Assembly (NCBI GenBank): GCA_031284185.1
Contig: JAITAJ010000199.1
Span: 1-38,218, forward strand
Length of the DNA: 38,218 nucleotides
Direction of reading: 5' to 3'
DNA from: Accumulibacter sp.
GTDB lineage: Bacteria; Pseudomonadota; Gammaproteobacteria; Burkholderiales; Rhodocyclaceae
Part shown: one piece after another, positions 23,159 to 31,851 of the stretch
How positions within the stretch are numbered: position 1 is the stretch's first letter
Layout of the letters: the number at the start of each line of letters is the position of its first letter
Program-made: the position numbers and the translations under genes
The notes under the pieces: model-generated
What the model saw: the letters and a program-made list of their open reading frames with translations, nothing else
The model's database searches: none
Told to the model about the DNA's origin: nothing

Positions 23159-23878
23159 CTACGGCAACCGGCCGGCGGCGATCATGCGGTTGAAGAGGAG
23201 GTAAGGCGGAATCCAGACGAGGATGTCGTCGAATTCCCCGCCGGTGGGGACGTTGGACGGTTCGCGGGCGAAGAACGTCTCCGTCGCGGTAGCGTTGGCA
23301 TCCTCGTCCGCGTTCGTCGCCGAATCATCCGCGATGGCCGCGCCGTCGGACGTGCTTCCCCAGTTGTTTTTTCCGAAGGAAAAAATCACGGCGGGCGCGC
23401 AGGGAGACGAACCGCAAGCGCTGTCGGAACCGACGAGATAACTCAAGGCGCCGGCACTGTCCCGCGTCCGCACCTTTTTTCCGCCGGACACGGCCAGGGT
23501 GAAGGCGGCGTTCGCATACGCGCGGGCAACGCTGTAGCGGATCATTTTGTTCCATGCGTCGGTTTTTTTCACGCCCAGGGTGCTCCAGGGAATGAAGCCG
23601 GTACAATCGGACTCGCCGGCGCAACCGGCCGGATTTTCCAGCCCGTCGGTCAGCGAGGTGGCCGGGCGCGGAAGACGTCCGTGGGCGACGGCAAAGCCGA
23701 TCAATGATTCGCGTATTTCATCCAGCTGCCGCCGCGTCCCGTTGTAGTTGCGCCGATCGATTTGCGCCGAGAGCGGAACCGTCATTCCTCCGATCAGCGC
23801 GGCCACGATGACCAGCACGATGGCCAGTTCGGCCAGCGTGAACCCCTTGTTCGTCGAATGCCGCAAGACGGGTTTCAT
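23159..23878 (-). CDS. Type IV prepilin-like (pseudo)pilin
   Basis: MKPVLRHSTNKG|FTLAELAIVLVIV class III signal peptide with E5; ATG overlaps the upstream stop (ATGA). Confidence 0.88.
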   Translation of the reverse strand: MKPVLRHSTNKGFTLAELAIVLVIVAALIGGMTVPLSAQIDRRNYNGTRRQLDEIRESLIGFAVAHGRLPRPATSLTDGLENPAGCAGESDCTGFIPWSTLGVKKTDAWNKMIRYSVARAYANAAFTLAVSGGKKVRTRDSAGALSYLVGSDSACGSSPCAPAVIFSFGKNNWGSTSDGAAIADDSATNADEDANATATETFFAREPSNVPTGGEFDDILVWIPPYLLFNRMIAAGRLP

Positions 23879-25101
23879 GGCTCGGCCCGAAGCTGATCGT
23901 TGCTGCTCGCGCCTGGAGCGGAGAAATTCGGATCGCCCGACCAGCCATCCGTGTTGGCCGCGTCTTCGAGATAATCCGGGAGCGCCGTTGACGGACGGTG
24001 CTGTCCGGCGCGCGCCGCGCCGGGGGCGAAGAGCACGTATTTCTCCGGTTTTCCGTCGACGTTCAGAAAGGTCGCGCAACCGGCGCCGCTGTCGTGGATC
24101 GCGTAGATCATGACGCGCCCCCATCCATTCTGCGAAAACCACGGCGCAAGGCCGGAAGCGGCAAGATCCTCGGGAAACCGGCCGAGGCAGGTCGGCGTCA
24201 CGCCGTCACCGGCGCACGGAGTGACGGCCGACTTCACGTCCCCGATGGACGACGTGCAGCCGGGGGCATCGAAGGGCGCGGGATTCGGATAGCGCCCATT
24301 GTCATCGGCATACTTCTTCAATGCTTTCCCCGCTTCATTCAAGGCGCGTTTCTCCAGTCCGGACAGAAGTTCCCGCGCGGTGATGCCGACGATCAGATCG
24401 TTCACGACGCGATTGCCGCCGGAATCCTTCGCCGGCCCCGCGATGAACGGTCCGCCGGCCTTGGCGTTGTTTTTTCCGTCGAAGGCGTCGAGATAGCTCG
24501 ACGCGGCGTCCGGCAGAGCCTCCCTGTCTTGTCCCGGCAGCGGGGGACCGGGCGCGAAGATGACGGCGGAGAGTTCCTCGCCGGCGGGCGTCAGAAGCGT
24601 GCTTCCATCGGCGGCGTAAAGTAGCAGCGTGCCTTTCGTATCGCTGTTGATCGCGGCCTTGGCGAGCTCCGGATTGCGGAAACTGTCGCTGACCGCGTAC
24701 CAGAGCATTTCGCCATGAGCGTCACGCAATCTGTCCATGCCGAGGGATTTCCAGGGCAGACGGCCCAGGGACGTTCCTCCGCCGATGGAACAGCTTCCCG
24801 AGGCGTTGCCCGATTCGGTGTCGCCGAAAAATTTGGTATCGGGACAAGGCAGGGTACCCGGGCGATGATGGCTGTCCGCCCCGAAATCGCCCCGCACGAC
24901 CGCCCAGGCGATGAGCGCCTGTTTGGCTTGCATCAGCGTTTCAAAGGTTCTTTGCCGCCGCTCGGCATCCGGGTCGCTTTCGGCCAGCGAGGCGATCAGA
25001 AACGCGCTGAACGCCAGCGTCATCGCCAGCAGCATGATGAGCAGCGCGGCCCCCGCGCTCGCGCGCGGATGCGGATATTCCGCGCGCCGTTTGCCGTTCA
25101 T
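23875..25101 (-). CDS. PilX/MshP-like large minor pilin, Cys-rich
   Basis: RASAG|AALLIMLLAMTL (pilin-like leader lacking E5), several Cys pairs, translationally coupled in the operon. Confidence 0.65.
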   Translation of the reverse strand: MNGKRRAEYPHPRASAGAALLIMLLAMTLAFSAFLIASLAESDPDAERRQRTFETLMQAKQALIAWAVVRGDFGADSHHRPGTLPCPDTKFFGDTESGNASGSCSIGGGTSLGRLPWKSLGMDRLRDAHGEMLWYAVSDSFRNPELAKAAINSDTKGTLLLYAADGSTLLTPAGEELSAVIFAPGPPLPGQDREALPDAASSYLDAFDGKNNAKAGGPFIAGPAKDSGGNRVVNDLIVGITARELLSGLEKRALNEAGKALKKYADDNGRYPNPAPFDAPGCTSSIGDVKSAVTPCAGDGVTPTCLGRFPEDLAASGLAPWFSQNGWGRVMIYAIHDSGAGCATFLNVDGKPEKYVLFAPGAARAGQHRPSTALPDYLEDAANTDGWSGDPNFSAPGASSNDQLRAEP

Positions 25102-25571
25102 CGGAGCGGCCCAGGCTCGACGCGAATCCGGCCGCCGCCCAGGCGATCGACCGCTTCACCGGTATCCCGGCGCACCGTGTCGCCGACGCCGGCCCGAATG
25201 GGCGGGCTGCCGCCGGAACGGACGACGACCCGACCGGGATTCGCGCGTTCCGGGATGACCGCGACGCCGTCGCCGGCCCATTCGTCATCCCGCGCGACGC
25301 CGTTGATCCATACGGTACGCTTGCCGCTGCTGCGCGTCACCACGCCGTCGATGGTCAGCGCCGGATCCTCGGGAATTTCACCGCGTCCGGAGATGCTGGA
25401 TTGCCGCTGCCGGTCGAGCGCCTCCCGGTGTTCGGGAGTGAAGAACAGGCGGCCGAGTTCCTCCGCCGCCGCCAGCGGCGGCGCGGCGGCCAGAAGGACG
25501 GCGCAGACGGACAGACCCAGCGGCCACGCGCGTCCCGGCCAACGGGACGATCGAGTCCGTGACGGGTTCAT
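25098..25571 (-). CDS. MshK-like exported pilus biogenesis protein
   Basis: Signal peptide then LGRLFFTPEHREALDRQR ... TIDGVVTRSSGKRTVWING; ATGA overlaps at both ends; start set at 25571. Confidence 0.6.
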   Translation of the reverse strand: MNPSRTRSSRWPGRAWPLGLSVCAVLLAAAPPLAAAEELGRLFFTPEHREALDRQRQSSISGRGEIPEDPALTIDGVVTRSSGKRTVWINGVARDDEWAGDGVAVIPERANPGRVVVRSGGSPPIRAGVGDTVRRDTGEAVDRLGGGRIRVEPGPLR

Positions 25572-26176
25572 TCCGCGCCCCCCTTGTCTTTCCCGGCCTC
25601 GCGCAGCGTGATCCAGTCGATCAGGCAGTCCGCCCGCAACGATCCCTGCAAGGCGTCGTCCACGCCCTTCCGGCGCGTCACGTCGCAGTATCTGACCCGG
25701 ATCAGGGCGCGCGCCCGCCGGCGCAGTTCGTCGAGCAGGCGAATCAGGTCTTCCTCGTGCAACAGAGGCGCCCGCAATCTCATGGCGCTGGCATGCGGAC
25801 CGAAGCGGCCCGCCTGATCGCCGCCCAGCGCGCGCGGCGGGGCAAATTCGTAACGGACCTCGATCAGGCGGTATTGGTCGCGGATGTCCTCGAGCAGCTC
25901 GGCCCATTCCAGGCGCCGTTCTTCTCCGACCACGCCGCGTTCTTCGAGACGCTTGAACAGGGTGGCCTTCCAGCGGATTTCGTGTTCCTCGCCGCGCATC
26001 CGCCGGAGTTTTCCATCGATTTCGTTGCGTTCGGCCCGCGCCGCGGAGAATGCCGCCCGCGCGGTGACGATTCTGTCACGCGACGAGAGGATGGCAAGGC
26101 CGCCGGACACGAGCATCAGCGCCACCGCCAGCAAGGTGGCGCGCAATCCGGCGAGATCGCGCGATCCGAAGCTCAT
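25568..26176 (-). CDS. PilO/MshJ-like inner-membrane alignment protein
   Basis: Single N-terminal TM, coiled coil, C-terminal domain ending in ADCLIDWITL; operon position. Confidence 0.6.
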   Translation of the reverse strand: MSFGSRDLAGLRATLLAVALMLVSGGLAILSSRDRIVTARAAFSAARAERNEIDGKLRRMRGEEHEIRWKATLFKRLEERGVVGEERRLEWAELLEDIRDQYRLIEVRYEFAPPRALGGDQAGRFGPHASAMRLRAPLLHEEDLIRLLDELRRRARALIRVRYCDVTRRKGVDDALQGSLRADCLIDWITLREAGKDKGGAE

Positions 26177-27705
26177 GGCGCGATCTCCCGGATGACGAGC
26201 AGTTCGAATTCACGGGGTGTTTCTTCCTTCCGCGAGCCATCGGCGCGCAGTGACACGCCGGAAGCGATGTCGAAAGGCGAGCGGAGTATCTCCACCCGCA
26301 GATTCGCGTTGGCCCGCAAGGCATCGACGAAACGGCCGAACGCGGCAAGCGACTGGCGGACCGTGGCGCCGGCGCCGGGCCGCAGCGTTCCCCGCACGGT
26401 GACGCGCTCGCCGTTTTCCGGCATCGGGCGGATCTCCACGCCCACGCCCTCCGTGACGCCGGACTCGGCGCCGTCGGCCTTCCATTCGAGACGATCGATA
26501 TCGATGGCGGGTTCGGCTTGCAGGGCGCGGCTGATTTCTTGGTAAAGGGCGGTGGGCATCGCGCCGCGCCGTTCTTCCGCGAGATAGCGGTCGATCACGT
26601 CCTTGAGCGTTTCGTTGTCGACCGGGACGCGGGGGAGGGTCTCGACGATGTTTTCGTATTCTCGCCGGGCAAGCGCCGCTTCATTGCGCAGCGCTTCGGC
26701 ATCCCACGCCATCTGCCGGGCGTCGAACAGATATTTTCCCGACAGCAGCAGACAAGCGGCCAGGGTCAGGGCGCCGGCGCCCTGGAGCAGGGAGCGAATC
26801 CGCGCGATCCGGAAGCCGTGGCGCAAGTCTTCGCCGGCAAACTGTACCCCCGGCGGATCGGTCGCCAGCAAATGGAGGAAGATCCCTTCGGCGCGCGTGT
26901 CCTGCGGCACGGTCTTGAGGCCGATGCGCCGCGCGCATTCGGTGACGTCGATGACGTTGAAGCGAAGCGCCGGCGTATCGGCGCAGCGGCTCCGAATGGC
27001 CTCGAACGCGCCGGGGTGGGCCAGGATGTGCGCGACGAGGGGCTGTCCGCGCCCGATCAGGCGCTGGCTGAACAGATATTGTTGAAGTTTGCCCGCCTCG
27101 GCGGAAAAAACCTGGGCAAGCTCGCCGATGCCGTTGTGTTGCAGAAGCGTCAGCCGGGAAAAACGCAGTTCGCCCTTCTCGAAGAAACTCTGCCGGATGC
27201 TCTGATCCTGGACGGAAAGCAGCAGACAGGGTTCCGGCGGGACACGCAGTTTTCCGAATAGCGCGGGAGCGACGAGCGGCAGGGAAAAGATTCCCGAGAG
27301 CGCCGCGTCCGCGGCGCGGATGCCGTCGAGCCACGGCTGGAAAAAATCCGGGTTGTTCAGCGCGACCAGGAGCAGGCGCTCGTCCTTGCGGCGATTCTTT
27401 TCGTGTCCCAGCGAGAGCGCCGCGCCGAGCGGCGGGTTGAAGAAAGTCTGCGCGAGCCGGCGTTCGATGACCAGCCGGCGATCGGCGCCGCGCAGGTACG
27501 GGATGGTCTCGACGTGAAATCCTTCGTCCGTGGCGTTGACCAGCAGCGAAAACGCGCTCCCGGAATGCTGCGCGAGATAATGCGCGAACTGCCGCCACCC
27601 GGTCTCCACCGGCGGGAATGCCGCCTCGCGGGCCAGCGTCCCCCCAAGCCAATGATAGGCGGCCATCTCTTGCGGGCCGAGGTAGAGCAGGCGCCTGGAT
27701 CTCAT
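26173..27705 (-). CDS. PilM/PilN (MshI)-like fused alignment protein
   Basis: Large cytoplasmic N-terminal region, TM near residue 310, coiled coil and PilN-like C-terminus; operon position after the PilC/GspF homologue. Confidence 0.6.
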   Translation of the reverse strand: MRSRRLLYLGPQEMAAYHWLGGTLAREAAFPPVETGWRQFAHYLAQHSGSAFSLLVNATDEGFHVETIPYLRGADRRLVIERRLAQTFFNPPLGAALSLGHEKNRRKDERLLLVALNNPDFFQPWLDGIRAADAALSGIFSLPLVAPALFGKLRVPPEPCLLLSVQDQSIRQSFFEKGELRFSRLTLLQHNGIGELAQVFSAEAGKLQQYLFSQRLIGRGQPLVAHILAHPGAFEAIRSRCADTPALRFNVIDVTECARRIGLKTVPQDTRAEGIFLHLLATDPPGVQFAGEDLRHGFRIARIRSLLQGAGALTLAACLLLSGKYLFDARQMAWDAEALRNEAALARREYENIVETLPRVPVDNETLKDVIDRYLAEERRGAMPTALYQEISRALQAEPAIDIDRLEWKADGAESGVTEGVGVEIRPMPENGERVTVRGTLRPGAGATVRQSLAAFGRFVDALRANANLRVEILRSPFDIASGVSLRADGSRKEETPREFELLVIREIAP

Positions 27706-27712
27706 GGGACGC

Positions 27713-28924
27713 CTAGGTCCTGATCCGGCTGATCACGTCGTAGACCGGCCCCAGCACGGAAAGCATGATCCATCCGAGCAGGCAGCCGAGCGCCAGGGTC
27801 AACAGCGGTTCGATGAGCTGCTGCGCTTTCTCGACCGATTCCTGCACGTCGCGGTTGTAGAAATAGCAGACGTTGGTGAGCGCCTCGTCCAGCGCGCCGG
27901 TGTTTTCCCCCACGCGCAGCATACGGATCACCAGCGGCGGAAAGAACCCGGCGCGCTGAAACGCGGAGGCCACGTTCTGGCCTTCGCCGATCAGTTGCTC
28001 GACGTGTTCCAGACCCCGCTGCACGACCAGGTTGCCGACGATGTTCTGCGTCGTGTGCACGGCATCGATGATCGGGATGCCCGAGGCGTAGAGCAGGGCG
28101 AAGATATTGGCGAAGCGCGAGAGAACGATCTTGCGCAGAATCTCGCCGGCGAAGGGAAGCCGGAGCTTGAGAGCGTCGAAACGGAGGCGCGCCAGCGGAT
28201 TGGTGTTGACGAGAATGCCGAGTCCGGCGGCAAGGGCGATCGGCGTGAGCAGCGCGGCGTGCCAATAGTCGACCAGCAGATCGGAGACGAAGAACAGCGC
28301 CCGTGTCTGCGGCGGCAGCGCCTCGCCCATGCTGTTCACGAACTGCTTGAGTTCCGGCACCACTTTCCACATCAGGAAAACCGTGGCGATCACCACGATG
28401 CCGCCGACGAAGGCCGGATAGATGGACAGCTTCCGGGTCTGGGAAACGAGTTCGTCTTCCCACTTGAGCGAATCGGTCAGGCGGCGCAGGATTTCGGGCA
28501 GATTGCCGCTCGCTTCGCCGGCGCGGATCAGGTTGACGAATACCCGGCCGAAGGCGCGCGGGTGCGCCTCCATGGCCTGTGACAGCGTTTGCCCGCCCTG
28601 GATGCTCTCGATCAGGCTGGCGGTGATTTCGCGGAAACGCGGGTTTTCGAGGCTGTCGCGCAGATCGCCGAGTCCGTCGAGGATCGGCACCCCGGCCCGC
28701 GCGAGATGTTCCAGGTGAAAGCAGAAATGGATCAGTTCGCGCCGCGGGATGCGCTTCGATCCCTGCGGATTGCGGACGCTCGGGGGCGCGCCGTCGATCA
28801 GGTCGAGTTCCATGCGCTTCAGGCGCGTTTCGAGATCGGTGAGATTCGAGGCGTCGATGCGGCCGGCGACGGCGCGTCCGTCGGAATCGACCGCCCGGTA
28901 GTTGAAAATCGGCATCCGCGTCAC
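27713..28924 (-). CDS. Platform protein, GspF/PilC/MshG family
   Basis: FNYRAVD, IQGGQTLSQAM, AGEASGNL, YPAFV, RVGENTGALD, LIEPLL. Confidence 0.92.
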   Translation of the reverse strand: MTRMPIFNYRAVDSDGRAVAGRIDASNLTDLETRLKRMELDLIDGAPPSVRNPQGSKRIPRRELIHFCFHLEHLARAGVPILDGLGDLRDSLENPRFREITASLIESIQGGQTLSQAMEAHPRAFGRVFVNLIRAGEASGNLPEILRRLTDSLKWEDELVSQTRKLSIYPAFVGGIVVIATVFLMWKVVPELKQFVNSMGEALPPQTRALFFVSDLLVDYWHAALLTPIALAAGLGILVNTNPLARLRFDALKLRLPFAGEILRKIVLSRFANIFALLYASGIPIIDAVHTTQNIVGNLVVQRGLEHVEQLIGEGQNVASAFQRAGFFPPLVIRMLRVGENTGALDEALTNVCYFYNRDVQESVEKAQQLIEPLLTLALGCLLGWIMLSVLGPVYDVISRIRT

Positions 28925-30621
28925 ATCCTGCCGGTGAGGTCGACCACGCGGGCCAGCTCTTCGAGCGAGGTCGAACCGTCGAGGACGCGGCGCAGCCCGT
29001 CATCCGCCAGCGGCGTGAAGCCGATCCGGGCCGCCGCCTGCCGGATCTCGCGCGCGGTGCCGCGGCGGGCCACCAGATCATCCAGATCATCGTTCATGCG
29101 CAGAATTTCCATGATCGCCAGGCGTCCGCGATAGCCCTGAAAGTCGCAGCGCTCGCAGGCGCCGGGACGGAAGAGCGCCGGGGGCGGCGCCGCGGGCGGG
29201 TTGCCGAGCAGGCGCGCCTCGTAATCCTCGACCTGGCAGGGAATCTTGCAATGCGGGCACAGGCGGCGTATCAGCCGCTGCGCGACGATGCCGATGACGT
29301 TGCCGGCCATGATGCCCGGCAGCACGCCGATGTCGAGCAGGCGCGGTATGGCGCCGATGGCCGAATTGGTGTGCAGCGTCGAATAGACCTGATGCCCGGT
29401 CATGGCCGCGCGGAACGCCATTTCCGCCGTCTCCGCGTCGCGGATTTCACCGACCAGGATCACGTCCGGGTCCTGGCGCATCATCGAGCGGATGCCGTTG
29501 GCGAAGCCCAGCTTGACCGACTCGGACACCGAAGTCTGCCGGACGAGCGCCATCGGGTATTCGACCGGGTCTTCCAGGGTCATGATGTTCAAGCCTTCGG
29601 AATTGATGTGCTTGAGGATCGAGTAGAGCGTCGTCGTCTTGCCGCTGCCGGTCGGCCCGGTAAACAGGATGATGCCTTCCGGGCGGGCGATCATCAGCTT
29701 GAGCAGGTTCAACTGCCCTTCGGTCAGTCCCAACCCTTCCAGCGGCGCAAGCCCCTTGTGCCGGTCGAGGATGCGCAGCACGATGTTTTCGCCGTGGATG
29801 GTCGGCTGCGCGGACACCCGGAAATCGATCTGCCGGCCGCGGATGTTGAGCGTGATGCGCCCGTCCTGCGGCGCGCGGGTCTCGGCGATGTTCATGCCGC
29901 TCATGACCTTGATGCGCACGGCCATCGCCGGCCAGTAGGAGCGGTGCAGCGAGCGGATCTGCCGCAACATGCCGTCGATGCGGTAGCGGATGTGGAGGAA
30001 GCCGTTTTCCGGCTCGAAATGGATGTCGGACGCCTCGCGCTTGACGGCGGCGGTGAGAATCGAGTCGATCAGGCGGACGACCGGCTGGCTGTATTCGTTC
30101 GACGTCGATTGCAACTCACGAAAATCGATTTCGCCGGTCTCGATTTCATGCAGGATTCCGTCGATCGACAATTCGTAACCGTAGGCCTGATCGATGGCCC
30201 GGTCGATCTCGGCCTCGCCGGCCAGCAGGGTGTCGATCTCGATGGCGTTCCCGGCCAGTCCGCGAACGCGGTCGAGGGCGACGATGTCGTTCACGTCGGA
30301 CGTGGCGACGGTCAGGCGCCGCCGGCCCTCGTCGTAATCGATGGGCAGCAGGCGGTGGCGCTTGGCCAGTTCGCGGGGCACCAGCGTCAGCGCCTCGGGA
30401 TCGATGATGAGCTTGGAAAGATCGACGCTCTGTTTGCCGAGGCTTTCCGACAGCGCGTCGCGCAGCGTCGCCTCGGTGACGAAACCGAGGGCGACGAGCA
30501 GCTTGCCGACCGGCAGGTTCGACTTCATCTGTTCGAGCAGCGCGATGCGTAGCTGATCCTCGCTGAGGATGCCCTTGGCGATCAGGATCTGTCCGAGCTG
30601 CCGTGACTGGGGAGCGTTCAT
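28921..30621 (-). CDS. Assembly ATPase, GspE/PilB/MshE family, with MshEN-like N-terminus
   Basis: ASDIHFEP, PQDGRI, GPTGSGKT, TLEDPVEY, RQDPDVILVGEIRD, STLHTN, CPHC/CERC zinc motif. Confidence 0.94.
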   Translation of the reverse strand: MNAPQSRQLGQILIAKGILSEDQLRIALLEQMKSNLPVGKLLVALGFVTEATLRDALSESLGKQSVDLSKLIIDPEALTLVPRELAKRHRLLPIDYDEGRRRLTVATSDVNDIVALDRVRGLAGNAIEIDTLLAGEAEIDRAIDQAYGYELSIDGILHEIETGEIDFRELQSTSNEYSQPVVRLIDSILTAAVKREASDIHFEPENGFLHIRYRIDGMLRQIRSLHRSYWPAMAVRIKVMSGMNIAETRAPQDGRITLNIRGRQIDFRVSAQPTIHGENIVLRILDRHKGLAPLEGLGLTEGQLNLLKLMIARPEGIILFTGPTGSGKTTTLYSILKHINSEGLNIMTLEDPVEYPMALVRQTSVSESVKLGFANGIRSMMRQDPDVILVGEIRDAETAEMAFRAAMTGHQVYSTLHTNSAIGAIPRLLDIGVLPGIMAGNVIGIVAQRLIRRLCPHCKIPCQVEDYEARLLGNPPAAPPPALFRPGACERCDFQGYRGRLAIMEILRMNDDLDDLVARRGTAREIRQAAARIGFTPLADDGLRRVLDGSTSLEELARVVDLTGRM

Positions 30622-30630
30622 CCGTGGGCG

Positions 30631-31851
30631 TCAGGGTTGCAGTTCAAGAAGCCGGGCTTTGACCCGATCCCGGTCGAAGGCCGCCGCCCGGCCATCGGCG
30701 GCGCCGAGCGCCAGACGGTAATACCGGGCGGCCAGCTTGTCCTGGCGCAGATGATCCAGGCTGACCGCGAGATTGAAAATGATGTCGGGATCATCCGGCT
30801 CGCCGGCGTAGGCGTCGAAGTAGCTCTGCTGGGCTTCACTCCAGCGCTGTTGACGGGCATACAGGCCGCCCAGCGCGAAAAGCAGCGGCGGGGAACCGGG
30901 CTGGCGGGCGAGCGCGCCCGTCAGGAGGCTTTCGGCGTCCGCGTCGCTCCGTCCCCCCATGCTGAGCACGCCGGCTCTGGCCGTGGCATCGGCGGGATCG
31001 GTTTCGAGCGCGCGCAGATAGTAGGCATACGCTTCGTCGACCCGCCCCCGCCGGGCGGCGAGCGTCGCCAGACCGAGCAGGGCGTCGGTATTCCTGCCGT
31101 CGGTTTGCAGCGCCCGTTCGTAAGCGTCTCGCGCCTCCTCGTCCCGGCCGGACCGCAGGGCTTCGTAAGCGCGTTCGAGCGGGGTGTTCGTCCGCGGGAT
31201 GGCGCGTGTCAGGCGCGGCGTCTTGTCCGCCGGTTCGGGACGCGGTGGCGCCTCCGCCGGAACGGGGGTGGAATTTTCCGCCGCGCGCGCCGACGGCCTT
31301 GCCGGCGCCGTGGGTCTTTCGGCCGGCGGGGACGGCGGCGCGGCTTCGGGCGCCGGGGGGAGGGGGGCGAGGCCGCTTTCGGCGATCGGCGCAGATGGCG
31401 CGGAGGGTATTCCGTAGACCGGCGCGCCCACGGTCGTCGGCATTGCCGGAGGATGAGCGGCGGGCGGCGGTGGCTGGACAGCCCGCAGTTGCCACCAGAA
31501 ATAGCCCGCCACGCCCAGCGCGGCCAGAAATCCCACCCCGGCGATCGGCCAGAGAAGGCGGGTGGTTTCGGGCGGTTTGGCGGCGAAGACCACGCGCGTG
31601 CTCGAATGTTTTTCCGCCTGGTCGTCGTCGCCGGGAAGCGGACGCTTGCGCGCGGCGTCGACCGACATGGCCGTCAGGTCGGCGTCGACGGTGTCGAGAT
31701 GCAGCGAAAGATCGGGCAAGGAGGAAGCGGTGGCCGGTTCCGCGGCGGAAACCGTGGCCCCGCCGGTGGACGGCCCGGCGGACGCGCCTTTTCCGTCGGT
31801 CTGGCGCCGGGTTTCCTCCGCTTTTCTGAGGGCCTCCATCAGCAGGCTCAT
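30631..31851 (-). CDS. MshN-like TPR protein with Pro-rich linker
   Basis: MSLLMEALRKAEE N-terminus (typical of MshN/ExeB-like proteins), TM, Pro/Ala linker, C-terminal TPR repeats; start 31851 overlaps the secretin stop. Confidence 0.75.
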   Translation of the reverse strand: MSLLMEALRKAEETRRQTDGKGASAGPSTGGATVSAAEPATASSLPDLSLHLDTVDADLTAMSVDAARKRPLPGDDDQAEKHSSTRVVFAAKPPETTRLLWPIAGVGFLAALGVAGYFWWQLRAVQPPPPAAHPPAMPTTVGAPVYGIPSAPSAPIAESGLAPLPPAPEAAPPSPPAERPTAPARPSARAAENSTPVPAEAPPRPEPADKTPRLTRAIPRTNTPLERAYEALRSGRDEEARDAYERALQTDGRNTDALLGLATLAARRGRVDEAYAYYLRALETDPADATARAGVLSMGGRSDADAESLLTGALARQPGSPPLLFALGGLYARQQRWSEAQQSYFDAYAGEPDDPDIIFNLAVSLDHLRQDKLAARYYRLALGAADGRAAAFDRDRVKARLLELQP

